A DNA stretch of 64,000 nt from Octopus sinensis (GCF_006345805.1 NC_043010.1:66278001-66342000), one strand, 5' to 3'. Numbered from the stretch's first letter, positions 25,631 through 37,987 are shown. The notes: generated by a model from the sequence alone, not told the origin. Translations and numbers: made by a program.

Positions 25631-27064
25631 ACATCATGTTGCTTATCTTTACTATAAATATATCACAGACTGAGTTTGTATGTTCAAATTCTTCATTCTC
25701 CCTTAGCTTCCCAACTATGTGGTTCTGGGTTCAGTCCCACTGCTTGGCACATTGGCTAAGTGTCTTCTACTATAGCCTCAGGCCAACCAAAGCCTTGGAG
25801 ACAAAAAAACTGAAAGATGCCCGTCATACATACATACATATATATATATGTGTGTGTATGTATGTATGTTTGTGTTAGTCCCCCACCATCGCTTGACAAC
25901 TGATGTTGGTGTGTTTACATCCCTGTAACTTACGGTTTGGCAAAAGAGACTGATAGAATAAGTACTAGGCTTACAAAGAATAAATCCAAGGGTCGATTTG
26001 TTCAGCTAAAGACAATGCTCCAGCATGGCTGCCGTCAAATGGCTGAAACAAATAAAATAATTTATATGAACAGAAAATAAAGGAAATCACAAATGCGTGA
26101 GGCTGTGAATGCTGCTTTGAAAATCAGCTCAGTTACCCTTTTGAAGACAGGAAAAAGTGGTTGATAAGCCTGGTGGGTTTTTTTCTCTGTAGAGATTTTT
26201 ACCTGTCTTCTAAAGAGTATTTACCCAATTTTCTAAGCTGTCTCTATGGCCATCCTGTGTTCAAGAATCCCTTTATATTCTGTAGAATACTGAATATTTT
26301 TATTGGGCGACGAAATTCATCGATTTAAGAGATATGGCTGTTATTTCTAGCACATGCCAACACGACCCTCCTCGTTTGTTTATCAATATCGATTGCCAGA
26401 TCAAACTGGGCCTGGTGCAGCCTTCTGGCTTCCCAGACCCCAGTTGAACCGTCCAACCCATGCTAGCATGGAAAGCGGACGCTAAACGATGATGATGATG
26501 ATGATAATGCAGCAAATGATTTCAGCTCAAAAGAGAGCATAGGATTGGTTAAAATTCGAAAAATTAAACTACGTTAAACAAACGAATTACAAATTTATCA
26601 AAAAAGCCAAGTGAAAATAATGTTTTCTTTTGACACATTCTACCAGTATACGAAGTTTCAAATTGTTTAGTTAACTAGAAATTGTGTTGAATTCTGTCTA
26701 TCAAAAGGAAAAGATCCTAAGTTTGTTTGCAATGTGTGTGTGTGTGTGCCAGTTATGAAACACTGGTGTCGGCCACAACTATGATCTCACTTGATGTGAC
26801 AGGTCTTCTCAAGCACGGTATTTGGTGATATGCTGTGATTGAGAAGACCTGTCGAGCCAAGTTTGATTGTAGCCATAGCTGATGCCGGCAGCATGTAAAA
26901 AGCACCCACTACATTCCTGGAGTGGTTCGTATTAGGAAGGGCATAGAGCCATAGAAAACAATGCTGAATTAGATTAGAACCTTGTGCAGCTTACCAGTTT
27001 TTCAGTCAAATCATCCAACCCATACCAGCATGGAAAACGGACATTAAATGATGACAATGATCTG

Positions 27065-27104
<40 letters not shown>

Positions 27105-27355
27105 ACAAGTGCAGTGTGGAAGGTGTTTATAGGCCATTTAAGAAACACACAAAAACTGTTAGATTCACTTCAACATTTAAATTTAATTAGCCAAAATATT
27201 TTCATCGCTTTGAGACCGCGACCTGTTCACTGACAAAATTCCGTGCTGCACCTTCCATGCTGCAATTGTTTTCGTTCCAACACACAATCTCAGATCAGGT
27301 CACTTGCTATGCGAGTACATCTCCGTAATATAATATATATATATATATATATATA

Positions 27356-27753
27356 GGCGCAGGAGTGGCTGTGTGGTAAGTAGCTTGCTAACCAACCACA
27401 TGGTTCCGGGTTCAGTCCCACTGCGTGGCATCTTGGGCAAGTGTCTTCTGCTATAGCCCCGGGCCGACCAATGCCTTGTGAGTGGATTTGGTAGACGGAA
27501 ACTGAAAGAAGCCTGTCGTATATATGTATATATATATATATATATATGTATGTGTCTGTGTTTGTTCCCCTAGCATTGCTTGACAACCGATGCTGGTGTG
27601 TTTACGTCCCCGTCACTTAGCGGTTCGGCAAAAAGAGACCGATAGAATAAGTACTGGGCTTACAAAAAGAATAAGACCCGGGATCGAGTTACTCAACTAA
27701 AGGCGGTGCTCCAGCATGGCCGCAGTCAAATGACTGAAACAAGTAAAAGAGTA
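27356..27753 (+). mobile_element. SINE family A, full length (reference copy)
   Basis: A box TGGCTGTGTGG, B box GGTTCAGTCCC, CORE-like TTGGGCAAGTG, tail GGTGCTCCAGCATGGCCGCAGTCAAATGACTGAAACAAGTAAAAGAGTA. Confidence 0.9.
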
Positions 27754-28063
27754 TATATATATATCAGCCTTCACTAGCACCACAACTTCGAGCTTGCATA
27801 AAAGTCAGCCTCTCTGAACGTCGTCCAACCCAAGCAAGCATGGAAAAGTGGACATTAATATGATGTTGATGGATGGTGATGATGATATAAATACCACACA
27901 TGCACACACAAAATCGTTATTCATTTATTTATTTATTTATTTATTGCAGATTTTCTGAAACCTTTTATTGGGTGGAAAGATGCATCCTTCAAACTCAATG
28001 ATGCGAGACAACTTAGGCTCTCGTCCGTCACCTGAATGGTAAGTAGCAGAGTTTATACTTTAA

Positions 28064-28282
28064 CCCTTTAGTATTTAAACCGGCCATATCCGGCCAAAAT
28101 AGTTAATCTGTTTTATGTTCAAACTGACCAGATCCAGGCTCTCACAGCTACCCTACAATGTTATTCTACATTAAGTAATTACACTGTCAAGATCTTGAAG
28201 ATATGAGATAATGCATGACTTATTCAAATCAATGGGAATCAATAGGCATTATGTTTGATAGAATAACCTGAATGCTAAAGGG
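28064..28282. mobile_element. piggyBac-type MITE, family 2
   Basis: TTAA|CCCTTTAG ... CTAAAGGG|TTAA. Confidence 0.8.
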
Positions 28283-28520
28283 TTAATCTTCAATATCAAC
28301 CTGGCTAATACATGTACATGTCTGTGTGTCTGTGAGATGCGGACAGAAAGGAAAATGTAATAATAGTAATATAGGAGCAATGTCTACCAATAATACTATC
28401 TTTTATCTTTTACTCATGGCCATCCTGGGGTACCAGCTTGGAGGGGTTTTTTGTTGAACAAATCACCTCTACACCTGTACCAAAAATTTCTGCATATTTT
28501 TTATCCTAATTTACCCTTAA

Positions 28521-28740
28521 CCCTTTCATTACTGTATTTATTTTGAGATGCTCTGTGTTTCTTTCAATTACTTCAAATATAGCAAAGAATTTAGTAAAAT
28601 AACTTGGCTATCATTAAGCTAGTGTTAGGAACATAAATTGTGACTAAGGTTTGGTGGAAGATTTTAATTAAAGACTTATGAAAACAAGTCATTTGTACTC
28701 AGAGCCAGAGCCGGTTTCAGCCGAGTTGGTACCGAAAGGG
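28521..28740. mobile_element. piggyBac-type MITE, family 1, opposite orientation to 3278
   Basis: TTAA|CCCTTTC ... GAAAGGG|TTAA; body is the reverse complement of 3278-3497. Confidence 0.8.
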
Positions 28741-28762
28741 TTAAAACACTACAAGACTTTAA

Positions 28763-29021
28763 CCCTTTAGCATTTAAACCCCAAATATTGTACCTGTCCT
28801 TTGTTCAAGCTGACCTGATCCAGCCTCTCATACCTGCCCTACAATGTCATTCTAAAAATGAAAAACTGCATGATTGAAATCATGAAACTATGAGGAAAAG
28901 CATGATGCATGATTAATTCAAAACAATCTTTTACTTGTTTCAGACATTAGACTGTGGCCATGCTGGGGCACTGTGAATAATTAAGTATAACATTTGTCAG
29001 AATAATCTGAATGTTAAAGAG
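28763..29021. mobile_element. piggyBac-type MITE, family 2
   Basis: TTAA|CCCTTTAG ... TTAAAGAG|TTAA. Confidence 0.7.
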
Positions 29022-29130
29022 TTAAAAGTTAATGAGTTTTGTGTGTCAACTTTGTAAAAATTTGAATAGTTTTGACAAAAAAAAATATATCAGACTCTAT
29101 TTGTTGTTTTGTTTTTTTTTTCTTTTTAAG

Positions 29131-30306
29131 GCTCCTTGGCTCAGAGAAGTCGCCCATGCATGACAGTGGTGTTTACGGCTCACTCGGCAAGCAGATGTAT
29201 CCTCAGGGAAGTATGATGCAGAATTACAAAGCAATCCGCTGCAAAGTGTCTCACTGTACCCTCTGCGGAAACACTTTTGCACAGAGTTTGTTCCATAAAG
29301 ACCCAGGACGTCCTTCGGCCAGCGAAAAGCACTGCGAATCTTGTCGAAAGGAGATAATTTTGCGGAATTACCATCGGCCCCATCGCAGCCAGCCTCCCCC
29401 GACCCACATGCATTTGCCTCACCTTCCTACCAATTTATCACAGCTTTCTCAGCGCATGTCCCAAAACAGTTGCTGCAACAACAGCAATGGCAGCACTCCT
29501 AATAGCAGCAACAACAACACTAACAATAATAACAATAACAACACAACAGAAGACATAATATTTCTAACGCCAACGGTCGCAATGGAGTTGGTGACAGTTC
29601 GATGGGAAATTCTTTAGTGAATCCTTTACCAACAAAACCACAACAGCAGCTCCCCCATGCTGATCACACCCCATCACCACCACCACCTCAGCATCCAACG
29701 CCGCCGACATCAACAACCACTGCTCTACCACCACCGCCGCCACCGCCATCATCATTGTCATCGACGCCGTCACCAATATCTCAGGTCATGATGCCAGCAG
29801 CACAGTCTTCAAAACCCAGCCCGTTTCCGAGCAAGTTCTTTCACTGCGACATTTGTGGTCGTGCTTTTGCACTGATAGGCAACATGCAAAAGCACAGGAA
29901 ACTACACTCAGGGGAGAAACCATTCCCGTGCGAGGTCTGTGGCAAAACCTTCGGCCTCCGCGGCAACCTACAGAAGCATCGGATTATCCACACTGGCGAA
30001 AAGCTGTTCCAGTGCAACGTCTGCGGCAAGGCTTTTGCCCTTCGCGGCAACATGGAGAAACACAAAATCATTCATACAGGACTGAAACCGTTTAGTTGCG
30101 AGATCTGTGGCAAAGAGTTTTCACTCCGAGGCAATCTTCAGAAACATAAAATCATCCATTTATCTGACAGTGTCCGCAACATTTCTAGCCGTAAACCTTT
30201 CCACTGTGATATATGTGGCAAGAATTTCTCTCAGAACCACACTTTGCAAAGCCATCTGCAATCCATACATGGATCAGATACCTGTCAAGTGTCTTGTCCT
30301 AGTTAA
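29131..30306 (+). CDS. C2H2 zinc-finger protein exon (5 fingers, Asn- and Pro-rich N-terminal part), with an apparent 1-nt frameshift near 29543
   Basis: Long T-rich acceptor ending AG 29129-29130; in-frame ATG 29156; ORFs 29072-29617 and 29602-30306 join if one A is added in the AAC run; fingers CxxC-x12-H-x3/4-H at 29845-30270 with SGEKP/TGEKL/TGLKP linkers; TAA 30304-30306. Confidence 0.88.
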
Positions 30307-30403
30307 AAAGAAAAGTAACTATTATGTTTGTTTTTTTTTCCAAAGAAGATTGAATATTGTTTAAATTTTTATTTGTGTGTGAAGAAGAGGAGGATGGTGT
30401 GTG

Positions 30404-31088
30404 TGTATAAATATATAGATTATTTATATATATATATATATATGAATCATATATGTATAAATATATAGATTATTTATATATATATATATATATATATGAA
30501 TCATATATGTATAAATATATAGATTATTATATATATATATATATATACATATATGAATCATATATGTATAAATATATAGATTATTTATATATATATATAT
30601 ATATGAATCATATATGTATAAATATATAGATTATTTATATATATATATATGAATCATATATGTATAAATGTATAGATTATTTATATATATATATATATAT
30701 ATGAATCATATATGTATAAATATATAGATTTTTATATATATATATGAATCATATATGTATAAATATATAGATCATTTATATATATGTATATATGAATCAT
30801 ATATGTATAAATATAGATCATTTATATATATATATATAATTATAAATCATATATGTGTATGTATATATATATATATATATAAAAATATAAATCATATGTG
30901 TATGTATATATATATATATATATAAATATAAATCATATATGTGTATGTATATATATATATATATGATCATATATGTATAAATATATAAATCATATATATA
31001 TATATATATATCTATATATATATATATATAAATATAAATCATATGTGTATGTATATATATATATAAATCATATATGTATAAATATATA

Positions 31089-31133
<45 letters not shown>

Positions 31134-31152
31134 TATAAATATAAATCATTAA

Positions 31153-31183
<31 letters not shown>

Positions 31184-31230
31184 ATCATATATATATGTAT
31201 ATAAGGTATATGTATGTATGTTTACAAAAA
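30404..31230. repeat. AT-rich VNTR (unit about 45-55 nt) grading into (TA)n
   Basis: Repeating GTATAAATATATAGATTATTTA(TA)nTGAATCATATAT. Confidence 0.9.
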
Positions 31231-31331
31231 AATATGGCTGCATGCCGAAAGTAAAAAAAGAACAGTGTTTAAATTAAAAGCCCAATAAATATAAAAGAAT
31301 GAATATGAAACAGACACAGGCATACAGTGAC

Positions 31332-31376
<45 letters not shown>

Positions 31377-31430
31377 TACATGCGTAATATATTATTTATG
31401 TATACTTATATATGTACATATAAATTAAAT

Positions 31431-31632
31431 ATAATTATAATTAAGGGTTAATTGCAACAAGTTGCTCAAATCCACATACCGAAAATATTAGAAATAGCAG
31501 TCAAATTGATCACTATTTCCTCTACTACTTTTTATTAGTAGAGGAAATAGTGATCAATTTGACTGCTGTTTCTAATATTTTCGGTATGTGGTTTTGAGCA
31601 ACTTGTTGCAATTAACCCTTAATTATAATTAT
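31431..31632. repeat. Near-perfect 202-bp palindrome
   Basis: 97-nt arms, 8-nt loop CTTTTTAT (31528-31535), two mismatches seen. Confidence 0.95.
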
Positions 31633-31831
31633 TGTAACCCTTACCAAATATGGTCTTTTCCATACCAATAAATCTACTAGGTGAAATTTATTAATTTTAT
31701 TAAATTAATTATATTCCACCCTTTTTTACGTATTAAATTAAATATATATATATATCATACACACACGCAATTTCATATATGTAATAGATAAGGATAAATG
31801 TATACATTTATATATATATAAAACATGTGTT

Positions 31832-31864
<33 letters not shown>

Positions 31865-32022
31865 GGAGTGGTTGGCGTTAGGAAGGGCATCCAGATGTAG
31901 AAACTTTGCCAGATAAGACTGGAGCCTGGTGCAGCCTTCTGGCTTCCCAGATCCCCGGTTGAACCGTCCAACCCATGCTACCATGGAGAACGGACGTTAA
32001 ACGATGATGATGATGATGATAT

Positions 32023-32070
<48 letters not shown>

Positions 32071-32498
32071 TTGTATATATATACATCAAGTTCCTGACTT
32101 GATGAAAATTCATTCCTAATTATTATCCAGCAATCTAGAGCTTGTTAATTGGATGTTATTTTCCCATTAAAAAAAATTGGGGGCAGCAAACGAAAATCAT
32201 TGTGTAAGACGGCCACATTAGTGTCTGTCGGGTGATGGCAGAATGACTGCTGATTTGAAGCAAGTACAACAAACAGTGAGCAAAAGGAGGCTGGAGTTTT
32301 GCCAACTCACAGCAATATGATTTAGCCCTTGGCTTGGGCGACAGGCTTGTATGTCTGCTCATGCATCGTTTCTGTGCTGCATGCATTGAATTTTGCTCAG
32401 AGTTAAATAACATCAACTGAAATTTTCAAGAAAAATAATTTCATTTTGCTTCAAAATTTCTTGTAAATTGAAGGTTTAGAAAACAAGAACTGCTCATG

Positions 32499-32554
<56 letters not shown>

Positions 32555-32798
32555 GATATATATATATATATATACACACATAGATATATATACATATAGA
32601 TATATATACATACATATATATACATATGTATATATATATACATACATATATATATATATATACAGACACACACACATATATATATATCCATATATATATA
32701 TGTGTGTGTGTGTGTGTGTAAAGGGAAAAAACAAAAGACGAAGGCAGGTGGAGTACAAACAAACAAATGTATTAGTATAACGCTCAGGAATAGAAAAA

Positions 32799-32838
32799 GT
32801 CTTTTACATTTCGAGCCTATGCTCTTCGACAGAAAGAT
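32799..32838 (-). ncRNA. Candidate degenerate minimal type-I hammerhead ribozyme motif inside a dispersed repeat
   Basis: Minus strand TCTTT-CTGTCGA-A-GAGC ATAG GCTC-GAAA-TGT-A-AAAGA: stem I 5 bp, stem II 4 bp, minimal stem III; A6 is replaced by U. Confidence 0.4.
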
Positions 32839-33396
32839 ACACAGAAAAAAAACAAGGAAACAAAAAAATGCGTGTAGTAGCTAGCGATCTATCATGAAGT
32901 CCTGACTTCACACAATGTACTTGCATTCAGTATGTGTGTATGTATATATATGTATATATATATATATATAAATATATGTAATAGATATGGATAAATGTAT
33001 ACATTTACATATATATAAAATGTGTATGTGTTTGTATATATATATATGTACACACACACACATATATATTTATTGTGTGTGTGTAAGTATATGTATTTAA
33101 ATGTATAACCCATGTCAGCATGGAAAAAGAGACATTGAATAATAATAATGATAATAATTGTGCGTGTGTGTATATATATATATATATGTTTGTATCTTGG
33201 TGGCCTTAATTCCATTTCTCCAATAATGCTGGTATTTCTGAATTTCAGAAAGAAGAAAGAAAAAAATAAAAACACACCCAAAATTGTAATTTTTCATGGT
33301 ATTCCTTACATAATCTAATGAAACAATTTGGATATTCCCTAACTATAACAGTTCAAAATATAAAATTTTAATTTAAGGTGGGGGTGGGGTTATTTT

Positions 33397-33427
<31 letters not shown>

Positions 33428-33638
33428 AGGTGGTGACCTGATAGACTTGTTAGCACTCCGGGTGAAATGCTTAGCGGTATTTTGTCTGTCACTATGTTCT
33501 GAGTTCAAATTCCACCGAGGTCAACTTAGCCTTTCATCCTTCCAGGGTCGATAAATTAAGTACCAGTGAAAAACTGGGGTCGATGTAATCGACACATCCC
33601 CTCCCCAAAATGGCTGCCCTTGTGGCAAAATTTGAAAC

Positions 33639-33674
<36 letters not shown>

Positions 33675-34873
33675 CACTCCACCAGCAGGAATATACACAT
33701 TCTCAATGGATGTGTTTCACTTTTATATGAATACTTCTAAGCACTGTATAGATGTATGTGTGCGCATTTGGCTGTGTGTGTGTATGTGTGTGGTAATTTC
33801 TAAATGTAAAAAGGAAAAAAAAGATTTTAATAAATGAACAAATCTCATTGAAAATTATAACAATCAATGTAAAGAGACAAACGCAAAAAGAAAGTATAAT
33901 TAAAAAATGAGAAAATTAAATGAAAATTAATGACAAAAATGATAATAATAATAATAAAACTTGGAAAAAAATTTTTTTTTTTTGCCATTTTTGTTATATT
34001 TAAATGAAATGTTATTTCAAATCTTGCAAACTTTAACCACTTCTACCCTACTCTGTGCTGTGCCTTTAATTTATGACTGTTTTTTTACAAGCTGCAGGGA
34101 AATGGAGTTCAGGAATAATAAATTAGTAGGTCAATGGGCTGAGAGACTTGGTTAAGCATTGATACGATCTGAGCTTAAAATCTTACTCAGCTTGACTGTC
34201 TCATGCATCGACCATGTTCGGATAGTGCTTTTTACATACCGCCTGCACAAGGAGCCAGTCAGGCGACACTGGCATTGCCTGACTGGCTCCCCGTGAAGGT
34301 GGCACATAAAAAGCACCATCATACATATATTTATTTACACAAACATACATGTACTCATATATGTACTCACCAGGCACATACCATCAGTAATTACTCAGGG
34401 TAGGCAGTTGGTGACGTTTATGTAGTAAAACACAAAAGAAATAAGCAAAACGCAAGCGCACGGCTGAGTTGTAGGCAGATTTACTTCTGCCTTTATAACA
34501 CATAAGGAAAACGGTGTTGTAGGAGTGTACGCAGCATGTGTACTACAGCAGTACTATGCATAGCTTTAATACTGAGATTGAAAGGCAGGGACGAATTATG
34601 CCTAACTAATCTACAAAGAAATAAAATATTTTCCATTTTATGCATAGTAATCAGAGTAACCTTCATAATGTTATTGAATTAGGTGCATATTTTGCCATAA
34701 AAGGAAAATGTTCCTATCGATCTATCTCATTCAGGGTATGCACTGCCTACCTTGCCTACCCAGGCGGCACGTCCCTGGTACTCACACACAAACACATTTT
34801 TATATATATATATGGTGGTTGTCTACTCCTTATGCAGAGCTTGACCACATCCTGCATCTACACCTTAGAACCA

Positions 34874-35068
34874 TCATGTCATCTCATGTGGCTTTTTAAA
34901 CCAGACAATGTTATGAAAAAGACACCCACATTGATTGCATATCCAACTTGGAGCACCAAGAGCTGCAGTTAAGTTCTTCTCTTTGTGGATCTTAAAATGT
35001 CTTTTGAGGCTTCTGTTAGATTTGCAGACCATCTGGCATACATTGCATTGAAAGGTGTGCACAGACAT
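34874..35068 (-). mobile_element. Probable RTE C-terminal zinc-finger relic
   Basis: CNVCQMVCKSNRSLKRHFKIH and WICNQCG, isolated, no TGEKP linker. Confidence 0.5.
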
Positions 35069-35275
35069 ATAGGCATAATATATGTAAATATAGTACAGCT
35101 CCCTGGCTTATCAGCTCCAGTCAAACTATCTGATCCATGCCAGCATGGAAAACGGATTCTAAACAATAATGATGTGTGTGTGTATATATATATATACACA
35201 GTAGAACTTCGGTTTTCGAATAACTCTGATCATGAATCGTACTTTATCTCCTGTCTTTCTCATATTCATTTAATA

Positions 35276-35391
35276 CAGTAGCACCTCAGTTTACAAATGC
35301 CTCTGATCACAAATAAATCGTGCTTTATATATATATGTATATAAAGCACAATTTATTTGCAATCAAAGGTGTTCGAAAACCAGGTACTACT
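35276..35391. mobile_element. Tigger/pogo-type mini-MITE (hairpin)
   Basis: TA|CAGTAGCACCTC ... AGGTACTACT; arms pair around a central (TA)n; a related lone TIR at 35199. Confidence 0.65.
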
Positions 35392-35981
35392 ATATACATA
35401 TGTATAATATAATATAGGTGTGTGTGTGTTTTTTTGTATCTTGGGTGGGTCATTTTGCCAATGATAAACACATGCACTAGTTTTATTTTATTCGTTTTAT
35501 TATTATTAGTCAATTCTTTAACATGTAATCAATTAACTAATTGATTAATTAATCCTTCTATCACTCAGTCATGTTATTGATGAGGTTGCACATGGTAGCA
35601 AAAGGACTTTGGACATATCTAGATTATTGATTGATTGACTAATAATAATAAATGAAGTGAAATAGAACTGGTGCATGTGTTTATTATTGGCATAATGACC
35701 TCCCCAAGATACAACAAAATTTGTTTCAACTCGAGTTCACTTAAAAAATCTTACAAAAGTGACATATATGTACGAGTGCATGTGTATACACACACACACA
35801 CATGCAAAAAATTTCATCTGACCCATGCAAGCTTGAAAAAGTAGATGTTAAATGATGATAATACACCCGCATGCTTGTGTGTGTGTGTGTATAGACTGTT
35901 GAAAATTTTTGTTTTCCATGTCATGTATATATTGGTGTATACACATAAATCATATTGGTGTATATATATATATATATATAT

Positions 35982-36370
35982 TACTTTTTACTCTTTTATT
36001 TGTTTCAGTCATGTGACTGTGGCCATGCTGGAGCACCACCTTTGGTCGAGCAAAGCGACCCCAGGACTTATTCTATGTAAGCCTAGTACTTATTCTATCG
36101 GTCTCTTTTGCCGAACCGCTAAGTTATGGGGGCGTAAACACACCACCATCGGTTGTCAAGTGATGTGGGGGTGACAAACACAGACACACAAACATATACA
36201 CACACACACACATATATATATATACATATATACGACGGGCTTCTTTCAGTTTCCCTCTACCAAATCCACTCACAAGGCTTTGGTCGGTCTGAGGCATATA
36301 GTAGAAGACACTTGCCCGAGGTGCCACACAGTGGGACTGAACCAAGAGCCATGTGGTTCGTAAGCAAGCT
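35982..36370 (-). mobile_element. SINE family A
   Basis: Match to SINE-A body and tail. Confidence 0.85.
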
Positions 36371-36421
36371 ATATATATATATATACATATGTGAGCATTA
36401 CACGTGTGTAATGTATATATA

Positions 36422-36463
<42 letters not shown>

Positions 36464-37254
36464 TTAAAGCTGTATAATGCATATGGTGGTATAATGGGAT
36501 TGGGTGTTAATGACATCATTGGGGTTTTTTTCCCCTGTTTGCAAAACACATATTTGTATACATGTGTTAAAAAGCAATCTGCCATTCAATGGTTCTCTCT
36601 AATCATTAAATGCCAGTTTAACATATTCAGGTTTACCTTATTTTTTTGAAGTGTAAAATGTCAGCATCTTACCCAGTTTTTTTTTTTGTGTTTTTTGCCT
36701 TTATCATTTCCAGGGTTTGCAATGCAAGATAAAAAGGACCAATTTTCATTTGTTTTATCCCATCGTTTCCCAATTCCATGTCCTAATTCTACTACTAAAA
36801 CAAGAGGCAGTTTTTACTGTATACAGATATATGTAAAGTGGTCCCTTCAACTTGGCAGGGAGATAAATGCATTTTAAGAAATAGTCGTTGTGCTATTAAC
36901 TGTAAGATATGGTCATAAATTCAAATATATCTACAACTTCTCAGTTTTCACTTAAAAAATTTTTTTTTTTTTTTTACCTGATTGATAAAAATTTAATGAA
37001 ACAGGTTGCTCTTATTACTTCTACAAAGTTGAATGTTTAGTTGATAAAAAAGGACCACTTTGTGTAAAATCAATTTTTGCTTTTATATTAACGAATGTAA
37101 AACAATAAAAAATCTCACTGCAATAACCAACGTACTGTTATGTGTGTACATGTTTGCTTGTTTGTTGTACATTTGTTTTTCCATGTTAGCATGTGTATGT
37201 TGTGTATGCATGTTTGAGGAAGCAAAAAGAAATCTCTTAATACACTACATATCA

Positions 37255-37415
37255 TCATCATTTAGCGTCCGTTTTCCATGCTAGCATGGGTTGGACGGTT
37301 CAACTGGGGTCTGTGAAGCCGGAAGGCTTCATCAGGCCCAGTCAGATCTGGCAGTGTTTCTACGGCTGGATGCCCTTCCTAATGCCAACCACTCTGTGAG
37401 TGTAGTGGGTGCTTT
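37255..37415 (-). mobile_element. RTE-type 3' end with (GAT)n tail
   Basis: CATCATCATCATTTAGCGTCCGTTTTCCATGCTAGCATGGGTTGG. Confidence 0.8.
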
Positions 37416-37420
37416 TTACA

Positions 37421-37451
<31 letters not shown>

Positions 37452-37987
37452 TTTTTCCTCCTTCCTTTTCTCTTGGAATTTCCTCTGTCTCCTGTTTCTG
37501 AAGAAGAGCGTCCGCTTGAAATGTAAAACCACCTTTCTTTCCTTCCCTGAGCATCTGCTAATACTTTGCATGTATCACATCCTCGTGTTGTTTTTTTTCT
37601 TGTGTTTGTTCTTCGTTTTTTTAATTTTATTTACTATATTAGAAGCACTCCGTCAGTTATGACGACGAGGGTCCCAGCTGACACGATCAATGGAACATCT
37701 TGCTCGTGAAATTAACATACAAGTGGCTGAGCACTCCACAAACACGTGTACTCTTAACGTAGTTCTCAGGGAGATTCAGCATGACACAGAATGTGACAAG
37801 GCCGGCCCTTTGAAATACAGGTACTACTCATTTTTGCCAGCTGAGTGGACTGGAGCAACGTGAAATAAAGTGTCTTGCTCAAGGACACAACATGCCACCG
37901 GGAATTGAACTCACAACCTTACGATCGTGAGCCGAATGCCCTAACCACTAAGCCACACGCCTTCACATTACTATATGATATATATAT

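Noticed and set aside
29072-29130. N-terminal MTKKNISDSICCFVFFFFLR of the supplied ORF
   Set aside because: TTG start within the intron pyrimidine tract upstream of the AG at 29129-29130.
34874-35068. Second host C2H2 gene
   Set aside because: One complete finger, no TGEKP linker, no splice signals; better explained as an RTE C-terminal relic.
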